NCBI GenBank assembly: GCA_035286595.1
Contig: DATEDA010000096.1
Location: forward strand, 1 to 61,332
Direction: 5' to 3'
From: Burkholderiales bacterium
GTDB taxonomy: Bacteria > Pseudomonadota > Gammaproteobacteria > Burkholderiales > SG8-39
DNA length: 61,332 bases
A model generated the notes under the pieces. The model worked only from the letters and a program-made list of their open reading frames with translations, searched no databases and had not been told where the DNA came from. Numbering within the stretch: position 1 is the first letter of the stretch; every line of letters starts with the position of its first letter. This document shows, in pieces, positions 53,939 to 61,332 of the stretch. The translations under genes and the position numbers were made by a program.

Positions 53939-54376
53939 TCACCGCGACGGCTCGATCAGCTTGCGCGCCCAGTCGAGCGCCGCCTGCACGCGCGGCACGA
54001 GGAGCCGGCGCGCCTCGTCGAAGCCGAGCCAGCGGAACTCCTCGTGCTCGGCGCGGCCGAGTTCCGGGCTCACCGGCAGCCGCACCGACCCGCGCGCCGA
54101 CTCGGCGACGTAGTAGCGCGCCACCTTGCCGCTCGAGTAGGGTGCGGTCTCGTGGAACGATTCGCCCCACCGGAACGCGAGGTCGGCGAGCTCCGTCTCC
54201 TCCTCGACCTCGCGAATCGCGGCGGCGAGCGGCGCCTCGCCCGCCTCGACGATGCCTTTCGGGAAATCCCAATAGCGGAACGACCGGAGCAGCAGGTAGC
54301 GCCAGCCGTCCGGATGTCGCCGCACGACGACAGCGCCGGCCGAACGGCGCGGCGTGGAAACGTGATCTTTTGTCAC
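53939..54376 (-). CDS. Nudix hydrolase (asymmetrical Ap4A hydrolase-like)
   Basis: WDFPKG...REVEEET Nudix box; SAGAVV and EHEEFRW motifs. Confidence 0.9.
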   Translation of the reverse strand: MTKDHVSTPRRSAGAVVVRRHPDGWRYLLLRSFRYWDFPKGIVEAGEAPLAAAIREVEEETELADLAFRWGESFHETAPYSSGKVARYYVAESARGSVRLPVSPELGRAEHEEFRWLGFDEARRLLVPRVQAALDWARKLIEPSR

Positions 54377-54444
54377 AGCGGCGGTCCAGCGTACGCCCTA
54401 TGGTAACCTCGGCCGCGCTTGGCACCCGACCCGTTGCAAGAAGA

Positions 54445-55602
54445 ATGAAGCCCGATTACGAGGGCGGCAGCATCGTCAACCTGATGGCGTCGATCGAGAC
54501 GGCGTTCGGCGGGCGAGCGCGCTACCCGCGGCTCCGCGACCTCGCGCCCGACGAGATCGCCGGTGCCCGCAACCTGTGTCTCCTCGTCATCGACGGTCTG
54601 GGCTGGCGCTACCTCGCACGGACGCTCGGCGGCGGCGCCCTCCGGCGCCACGCGCGCGCGGCGATCACCTCGACGTTCCCCACCACGACCGCGACCGCGA
54701 TCACGACGTTCATGACCGGCCTCGCGCCCCAGCAGCACGGGCTCACCGGCTGGCACATGTACTTCCGCGAGCTCGGCACGGTGCTGGCGGTGCTGCCGTT
54801 CCGGCCGCGTCACGGCGGGCCGCCGATCGCCGTCGACGGCGGCGTCACGCCGGAGGCGCTGCTCGGCACCCCGCCGTTCGCCGACCGGCTCGACGCGGAG
54901 GCCTTCGTCGTCTCGCCGTTCGCGATCGTCGACTCGGTCTTCAACGTCGCGCATTCCGGCCGCGCGCAGCGCGTGGGGCACGGCGGCGTGGACGAGATCT
55001 TCACCGCGGTGCGCGACATCGTCCGCGGCGCCCGCGAGCGCAGCTACGTCTATGCGTACTACTCCGAGATCGACTCGCTCGCCCACGCTCACGGCATCGG
55101 CTCGAGCGAGGTGCACGCCGAGCTCGCGCGGGTCGACGCGGCGTTCGGCCGGCTGCTCGAGGAGATCGCCGGTACCGACACGCTGGTGGTTGCGACGGCC
55201 GATCACGGCTTCATCGACACCCGCCCCGAGACGGTGGTCGACCTCGATGATCATCCCGCGCTGGCCGAAACGCTGCTCGTGCCCCTGTGCGGCGAACCGC
55301 GGGTCGCCTACTGCTACGTGAAGCCGGGCGCGCAGCGCGCGTTCGAGCACTACGTCGAGACCCGGCTCTCGCACTGCGCCAGCCTCGCGCCGAGCGCGGA
55401 CCTCCTCGCGCAGGGCTGGTTCGGCCCCGGCGCTCCCCACCCGCGCCTCGCCGACCGCATCGGCGACTACGCGCTCGTCATGAAGGACGGGTACGCGATC
55501 CGGGACCACGTTCCCGGCGAGCGCCGCCACCTGCAGATCGGCGTGCACGGCGGGACGAGCGAGGACGAGATGCTCGTGCCGCTGGTCGTCGCGCGCGTGT
55601 AG
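54445..55602 (+). CDS. Alkaline-phosphatase superfamily nucleotide pyrophosphatase/phosphodiesterase
   Basis: IDGLG, TFPTTT, DSLAH, TADHG and HGG motifs. Confidence 0.9.
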   Translation: MKPDYEGGSIVNLMASIETAFGGRARYPRLRDLAPDEIAGARNLCLLVIDGLGWRYLARTLGGGALRRHARAAITSTFPTTTATAITTFMTGLAPQQHGLTGWHMYFRELGTVLAVLPFRPRHGGPPIAVDGGVTPEALLGTPPFADRLDAEAFVVSPFAIVDSVFNVAHSGRAQRVGHGGVDEIFTAVRDIVRGARERSYVYAYYSEIDSLAHAHGIGSSEVHAELARVDAAFGRLLEEIAGTDTLVVATADHGFIDTRPETVVDLDDHPALAETLLVPLCGEPRVAYCYVKPGAQRAFEHYVETRLSHCASLAPSADLLAQGWFGPGAPHPRLADRIGDYALVMKDGYAIRDHVPGERRHLQIGVHGGTSEDEMLVPLVVARV

Positions 55603-55692
55603 CGACCCGCGGCCCGCCGGGCGGCGGCGCGTCGCGGGAGGCTGCTAGACTAGCTGCCTCCCGCCAGCCAGGAACACGCCGCTGGGGAGGCC

Positions 55693-58600
55693 ATGGCCGC
55701 ACGCACCGACAAGGCGCACGCCGAACGGCTGGACCAGATCCTCGCCCTCGTCCGCGAGAAGCTCCCGGCGGAAGCCAGAGGCCCGGTCGAGGCGTTCGTC
55801 CGAGCGTACTACCGGCAGGTCGACCCCGAGGACCTCGCCGAGCGCTCGCCCGCCGACCTCTACGGCGCGGCGCTCTCGCACTGGAACTTCGCGCGACGGC
55901 GCGCGCCCGGGCAGGCGCGGGTCCGCGTGTTCAACCCGAACGTGCAGGAGCATGGCTGGGAGTCGACCCACACGATCGTCGAGATCGTGAACGACGACAT
56001 GCCGTTCCTGGTGAGCTCGGTGACCATGGAGGTCAACCGGCACGGGCTGACGCTGCACCTCATCGTGCACCCCACAATGCGGGTGAACCGGCAGGGCGCC
56101 GAGCACACGCTCACGGGGGTCCTGCCGGACGACTCGCCCGCCGGGCTGCGCGAGTCGTTCATGCACATCGAGGTCGACCGGATCACCGAGCCGCCGTTGA
56201 TGGAGACGCTCGCGGTCGATCTCGAGCGCGTCCTCGCCGAGGTCCGCACCGGGGTCGAGGACTGGAAGAAGATGATCGCCAAGGTGCGCGAGCTCGTCGC
56301 CGATCTCGAGCGCCGGCCGCCGCCGATCGGGCAGCTGGACCTCGCCGAGGCGCGGGCGTTCCTCGCGTGGCTCGCCGACAACCACTTCACGTTCCTCGGC
56401 TACCGCTGTCACGACCTGGTCGTGAAGGACGGCGACGACGCGCTCGCGGTCGTCCCGGGATCGGGCCTCGGCATCTTGCGCGAGCAGCCGGGCGACGAGA
56501 TCGCGACCAGCTTCTCGCAGCTTCCCCCGCAGGTGCGGGCGTACGCGCGGGTGAAGGACCTCCTCGTCCTCACCAAGTCGAACTCGCGCTCGACCGTCCA
56601 CCGGCCGGGGTACCTCGATTACATCGGCGTCAAGCGCTACGACGATCGGGGCGAGGTGTGCGGCGAGCACCGCTTCCTCGGGCTCTACACCCACGTTGCG
56701 TACCACGCGCGCCCGGCCGACATTCCGCTGCTGCGCCGGAAGGTGACGAACGTCCAGGCGCGCGCGGGATTCGTGCCCGGCGGGCACGCCTGGAAGACGC
56801 TCGAGAGCATCCTCGACACCTACCCGCGCGACGAGCTGTTCCAGATCTCCGAGGACGAGCTGTTCGACGTCGCGCTCGGCATCCTGCACCTCGGCGAGCG
56901 GCAGCGCTCCCGCCTCTTCGTGCGTCGCGATCCGTTCGAGCGCTTCCTCACCTGCCTCATCTACGCGCCGCGCGAGAACTACACGACCGACCTGCGCAGG
57001 AAGTGGCAGGCGATCCTGATGAAGGCGTTCAACGGCACCTCGTCCGACTTCAACGCGTTCCTTTCGGAGTCGGTGCTCGCGCGGATCATGATCACCGTCC
57101 GCACCACGCCGGGCCAGATCCCGGCGTACGACGTGCGCTCGCTCGAGGGCCAGCTCGTTGCCGCCGCGCGGCGCTGGGAGGACGAGCTGCGCGAGGCGCT
57201 CGTCGAAGCGGCTGGCGAAGCGCGCGGCAACGAGCTCTACCGCCGGTTCGGCGCGGCGTTTCCGGCCGCGTACCGCGAGGACATCCCGGCGCGGAGCGCC
57301 GTCCCCGACTGCGAGATGCTGGCGAAGACCGCCGGCGGCGGCGGCCTGGGGATGAACCTGTACAAGCCGCTCGAGGCGGCACCGGGTCGCCTGCGATTCA
57401 AGCTCTTCCACAAGGGCGGTCCGGTGTCGCTCTCCGACAGCCTGCCGATGCTCGAGCGCATGGGGCTGCGCGCGCTCGAGGAGCGGCCGTACCGCGTGAC
57501 GCCCGAAGAGGGTGATGCGATCTGGATCCACGATTTTGGGTTGGTGGCCGGGGACGCGGAGATCGACATCGACGCGGTGGGCGCGATTTTCGAGGAGGCC
57601 TTCGGGCGCGTCTTCACCGGCGAGCTCGAGAGCGACGATTTCAACCGGCTCGTCCTCGCGTCGCGTCTGAGCGCCGACGAGATCGTGGTGCTGCGGGCCT
57701 ACGCGAAGTACCTCCGCCAGACCGGGTTCCCGCTCTCGCAGGGCTTCATCGAGCAGACGATGGCCGCGAACCCGGTGATCGCGCGCATGCTGGTGAATCT
57801 CTTCAAGCTGCGCCTCGATCCGGAGAAATCAGACGACGCCGGCGCCGCGGCGCAGGTCAGCGCGATCGAGCAGGCGCTCGACCGGGTCGCCAACCTCAAC
57901 GAGGACCGGGTGCTCCGTCAGTACCTTGCGGTGATCCTGGCGACGACCCGCACTGACTACTGGCGGCGCGACGCGGACGGCCGGCGGCGAACGTTCCTCT
58001 CGTTCAAGTTCGACCCGTCGCAGGTCCCCGGGCTGCCCGAGCCGAAGCCGATGTTCGAGATCTGCGTGTACTCGACGCGCTTCGAGGGCGTGCACCTGCG
58101 TGGCGGCAAGGTCGCGCGCGGCGGCCTGCGCTGGTCGGATCGGCCGGAGGACTTCCGCACCGAGGTCCTCGGGCTGGTGAAGGCCCAGATGGTCAAGAAC
58201 ACCGTCATCGTGCCGGTCGGCTCGAAAGGCGGGTTCGTGCTCAAGCGCGCGCCGCCCGCGGCCGACCGCGAGGCGTACCTGAAAGAGGGCGTCGCCTGCT
58301 ACAAGGACTACCTCCGGGGGCTGCTCGACCTGACCGACAACCTCGTCGGCGGGAAGGTCGCGCCGCCGCCGCAGGTGCGCCGGCTCGACGCCGACGATCC
58401 GTACCTCGTCGTCGCCGCGGACAAGGGCACCGCGACCTTCTCCGACCACGCGAACGAGGTGTCGAAGGAGTACGGGTTCTGGCTCGGCGACGCGTTCGCG
58501 TCGGGCGGGTCCGCCGGCTACGACCACAAGGCGATGGGCATCACGGCGCGCGGCGCCTGGGAGTCGGTGAAGCGGCACTTCCGCGAGCTGGGGATCGACA

Positions 58601-60504
58601 CCCAGACGACCGACTTCACCGTCGTCGGCATCGGCGACATGTCCGGCGACGTGTTCGGCAACGGCATGCTGCTGTCGAAGCACATCCGGCTGGTCGCCGC
58701 GTTCGACCACCGCCACGTGTTCGTCGACCCGGATCCGGACGCCGCTTCGAGCTGGGCCGAGCGCAAGCGCCTGTTCGGGCTGCCGCGCTCGTCGTGGGGC
58801 GACTACAACGCGATGCTGATCTCGCAAGGCGGCGGCGTCTGGCCACGGGCCGCGAAGTCGATCTCGATCTCGCCCGAGGCGCGGCGCGCGCTCGGGATCG
58901 AGACCGAGAGCCTCGCGCCCAGCGAGCTCATCAACGCGATCCTCAAGGCGCCCGTGGACCTGCTGTACAACGGCGGCATCGGCACCTACGTGAAGAGCGC
59001 GAAGGAGAGCCACGCCGAGGTCGGCGACCGCGCGAACGACGCGATCCGGGTGAACGGCATGGAGCTCCGCTGCAAGGTCGTCGCCGAGGGCGGCAACCTG
59101 GGGTGCACGCAGCTCGGCCGCATCGAGTACGCGCTCAAGGGCGGGCGCATCTTCACCGACGCGATCGACAACTCCGCCGGCGTGGACACTTCCGACCACG
59201 AGGTCAACATCAAGATCCTGCTCGGGCTCGTGATCGCCGACGGCGAGCTCACCGAGAAGCAGCGGAACACGCTCCTCTCCCAGATGACCGACCAGGTCGC
59301 CGCGCTGGTGCTCCGCGACAACTACTTCCAGACCCAGTCGCTGTCGATCGGCGGCCGGATCGCGCCCCAGCTCCTCGACCAGCAGCAACGCTTCATGCAG
59401 TTCCTCGAGAAGAGCGGGCGGCTCAACCGCGCGCTCGAGTTCCTGCCGCCCGACGAGGAGATTGCCGAGCGCCGGACGAAGAAGATCGGCCTGACGGCGC
59501 CGGAGCGGGCGGTGCTGCTCGCGTACTCGAAGATGTGGCTCAAGGACGAGTTCCTCGCCGCCGTTCTTCCCGAGGACGAGTGGATTGCCACCGCGCTCGG
59601 CCGCTACTTCCCGCAGGCGCTGCGCGAGGCATACGCGGGCGTCATGCCGCGGCATCCGCTGCGGCGCGAGATCATCGCCACGCACGTTGTGAACAGCATG
59701 GTGAACCGCGTCGGCTCGACGTTCGTTCACCGGGCGATGGAGACGACCGGGGCGAAGCCCGACGAGATCGTCCGCGCCTATCTCCTCACCCGCGAGGTGT
59801 TCGGCTACGTGCCGCTGTGGCAGTCGATCGAGGCGCTCGACAACAAGGTCGCCGACTCGATCCAGGCGGACATGCTGATCGAGGCGGGACGCCTCATCGT
59901 GCGGGCGAGCGCGTGGTTCCTGCGGTCGCGGCGGCTCGCCGAGCCGATGGAGCAGACGATGGAGCGGTTCCAGCCGGGCGTCGAAGCGCTGCACGCGTAC
60001 CTGCTGCAGCTCCTCGACGCACCGGCGCGGTCCCAGCTCGACATCGCAGTGGTCCGCTGGACGCAGGCCGGGGTGCCGCAGGAGATCGCGCTCCGCGTCG
60101 CCGCGCTCGACACGCTGTACGCAGCGCTCGACATCGTGGAGATCGCGGAAAGCTCGCACCGTCCGGTCGAGACCGTCGCGGGCGTCTATTTCCAGCTGTC
60201 GTCGAAGCTCGGGCTGGCGTGGCTCCGCGACCGGATCAGCAAGCTGCCCGGCGACAGCCACTGGCAGACGCTCGCCAAGGGCTCGATGCGCGACGATCTC
60301 GCCGGGCTCCAGCGCACGCTCGCCGGCAACGTCCTGGCGAACGGGCCGGACAACGATCCCCGCGCGCTCGTCGCGGCGTGGGAGGCGCGGAGCCGCGAGA
60401 CGATGGAGCGCGCCTCGCGGCTGCTCGGCGAGCTGCGCGCCGCGCCGGCGCCGGATCTCGCCATGCTGTCGGTGGGCTTGCGCGAGCTGCGGAACCTGGC
60501 ATAG
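55693..60504 (+). CDS. gdhB: Large NAD-specific glutamate dehydrogenase
   Basis: 1603 aa; RGGLRWSDR, LVVAADKGTATFSD, GIGDMSGDVFGNG and NGGIGTY motifs. Confidence 0.97.
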   Translation: MAARTDKAHAERLDQILALVREKLPAEARGPVEAFVRAYYRQVDPEDLAERSPADLYGAALSHWNFARRRAPGQARVRVFNPNVQEHGWESTHTIVEIVNDDMPFLVSSVTMEVNRHGLTLHLIVHPTMRVNRQGAEHTLTGVLPDDSPAGLRESFMHIEVDRITEPPLMETLAVDLERVLAEVRTGVEDWKKMIAKVRELVADLERRPPPIGQLDLAEARAFLAWLADNHFTFLGYRCHDLVVKDGDDALAVVPGSGLGILREQPGDEIATSFSQLPPQVRAYARVKDLLVLTKSNSRSTVHRPGYLDYIGVKRYDDRGEVCGEHRFLGLYTHVAYHARPADIPLLRRKVTNVQARAGFVPGGHAWKTLESILDTYPRDELFQISEDELFDVALGILHLGERQRSRLFVRRDPFERFLTCLIYAPRENYTTDLRRKWQAILMKAFNGTSSDFNAFLSESVLARIMITVRTTPGQIPAYDVRSLEGQLVAAARRWEDELREALVEAAGEARGNELYRRFGAAFPAAYREDIPARSAVPDCEMLAKTAGGGGLGMNLYKPLEAAPGRLRFKLFHKGGPVSLSDSLPMLERMGLRALEERPYRVTPEEGDAIWIHDFGLVAGDAEIDIDAVGAIFEEAFGRVFTGELESDDFNRLVLASRLSADEIVVLRAYAKYLRQTGFPLSQGFIEQTMAANPVIARMLVNLFKLRLDPEKSDDAGAAAQVSAIEQALDRVANLNEDRVLRQYLAVILATTRTDYWRRDADGRRRTFLSFKFDPSQVPGLPEPKPMFEICVYSTRFEGVHLRGGKVARGGLRWSDRPEDFRTEVLGLVKAQMVKNTVIVPVGSKGGFVLKRAPPAADREAYLKEGVACYKDYLRGLLDLTDNLVGGKVAPPPQVRRLDADDPYLVVAADKGTATFSDHANEVSKEYGFWLGDAFASGGSAGYDHKAMGITARGAWESVKRHFRELGIDTQTTDFTVVGIGDMSGDVFGNGMLLSKHIRLVAAFDHRHVFVDPDPDAASSWAERKRLFGLPRSSWGDYNAMLISQGGGVWPRAAKSISISPEARRALGIETESLAPSELINAILKAPVDLLYNGGIGTYVKSAKESHAEVGDRANDAIRVNGMELRCKVVAEGGNLGCTQLGRIEYALKGGRIFTDAIDNSAGVDTSDHEVNIKILLGLVIADGELTEKQRNTLLSQMTDQVAALVLRDNYFQTQSLSIGGRIAPQLLDQQQRFMQFLEKSGRLNRALEFLPPDEEIAERRTKKIGLTAPERAVLLAYSKMWLKDEFLAAVLPEDEWIATALGRYFPQALREAYAGVMPRHPLRREIIATHVVNSMVNRVGSTFVHRAMETTGAKPDEIVRAYLLTREVFGYVPLWQSIEALDNKVADSIQADMLIEAGRLIVRASAWFLRSRRLAEPMEQTMERFQPGVEALHAYLLQLLDAPARSQLDIAVVRWTQAGVPQEIALRVAALDTLYAALDIVEIAESSHRPVETVAGVYFQLSSKLGLAWLRDRISKLPGDSHWQTLAKGSMRDDLAGLQRTLAGNVLANGPDNDPRALVAAWEARSRETMERASRLLGELRAAPAPDLAMLSVGLRELRNLA

Positions 60505-60719
60505 GGACGCACCTCGTCCGCTAGACTTCCCGGGGTTGACCGGCGCCGCACCGCAAGCACTTCCGGTCGCGCGGCCCGAGCGGCGAGCCGCACGACCAGC
60601 AGCGGCGGAGCCAGGCGGCGAGATACGACCCGAAACAAGTCATCCGAGCCATCCTAACCCCGTTCGCGCGACGCGCGCGTTAGATGCGGCGTTCCATTGC
60701 CAACTCGAAAGGAATCGCC

Positions 60720-61332
60720 ATGAACTACCGGTCCTTCCTCGCGCTCGCCGCGGGCCTCTTCGCGTGCGCGGCGTTCGCCCAGCCCCAACCCCAGCCGGAG
60801 CCGGCGCGCTTCAACCAGGTCGATCTCCAGGCCGAGGTCTCGCGCGAGATCCAGAACGATCTCATGCTCGCCTCCGTGCATGCCGAGGCGAGCGACGCGT
60901 CCGCCGCCAAAGTGGCCGATCAGCTCAACCGCCTCACTGCCGACGCGCTGAAGACGGCCGGCGACTTCAAGACCGTGAAGGCGCGCTCCGGCTTCAACCA
61001 GACTTTCCCGGTCTACGACCGCAACAGCAAGTTGACCGGCTGGCGGGGACGCGCCGAGGTTCGCCTCGAATCGAAGGACTTCGCGGCGATGGCGGGCCTG
61101 ATCGGCAAGCTGCAGTCGTCGCTGCAGCTCGGGGGCGTCACGTTCACGGTCTCGCCGGAGCTCCGCCGGCAAACCGAGAACGACCTCATCACCGAGGCCG
61201 TCGCGGCGTTCCGCAGCCGCGCGGACATCGCGACCAAAGCGATCGGCGGCAAGAGCTACAGGATCCGGCGCATCGGAATCAACACCGGCGGCATGTTCCC
61301 CCCACCGCGGCCGATGGCGGCGCAGGCGCGGG
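60720..61332 (+). CDS. SIMPL (DUF541) domain periplasmic protein; runs off the window edge
   Basis: AAGGA RBS; signal peptide; AEVSREIQND...GWRGRAEVRLES...TFTVSPE; absent from the ORF track. Confidence 0.88.
   Translation, partial: MNYRSFLALAAGLFACAAFAQPQPQPEPARFNQVDLQAEVSREIQNDLMLASVHAEASDASAAKVADQLNRLTADALKTAGDFKTVKARSGFNQTFPVYDRNSKLTGWRGRAEVRLESKDFAAMAGLIGKLQSSLQLGGVTFTVSPELRRQTENDLITEAVAAFRSRADIATKAIGGKSYRIRRIGINTGGMFPPPRPMAAQAR

Noticed and set aside
60505-60719. ncRNA or ECF-sigma promoter before the SIMPL gene (TAACCC...CGTTAG; GACCGG/CCGGTC stem)
   Set aside because: A single occurrence that matches no RNA family I recognise; too weak to call.
1-61332. CRISPR arrays, rRNA, IS elements
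   Set aside because: I saw no regularly spaced repeats, rRNA-like sequence or transposase genes.

Overview
High-GC bacterial window. Gene content (PEP-CTERM, TldD/E, large NAD-GDH, SIMPL) suggests a betaproteobacterium; this is inference. Left to right: (i) 1-2.5 kb, the right end of a tRNA-integrated element. It holds a tRNA 3' fragment, an IHF box and tandem arm-type repeats, but no integrase. (ii) An OsmC + flavoprotein pair and a LysR/TRAP/PrpD/SDR/lactonase/dehydrogenase catabolic cluster. (iii) A 16.7-kb accessory block between two diverged ~140-bp direct repeats. It carries a full-length cyclic beta-1,2-glucan synthase, three Crp-family paralogs, small stress and lipoprotein genes and cspA. 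A second GlsB-family gene lies just past the right repeat. (iv) A CHRD/PEP-CTERM gene with a complete sigma54-IHF-UAS promoter. (v) A form I aerobic CO dehydrogenase cluster. (vi) A Liv-type ABC importer with an amidohydrolase and an atypical asparaginase-fold protein. (vii) Housekeeping-like genes: tldDE, FHA, trypsin, EEP nuclease, Nudix, alkaline-phosphatase family, gdhB and SIMPL. Best discovery candidate: a CRP-like palindrome (YGTDCG-N4-CGYACV) occurs six times in intergenic DNA of 23.3-29 kb. Five of the six copies sit 28.5-29.5 bp from a -10 hexamer, the class II geometry. One copy appears to drive an unannotated ~76-nt two-hairpin RNA with an anti-Shine-Dalgarno loop. Together these suggest a self-contained Crp-paralog regulon with an sRNA. 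All family assignments come from motif recognition by eye; no database search was run.
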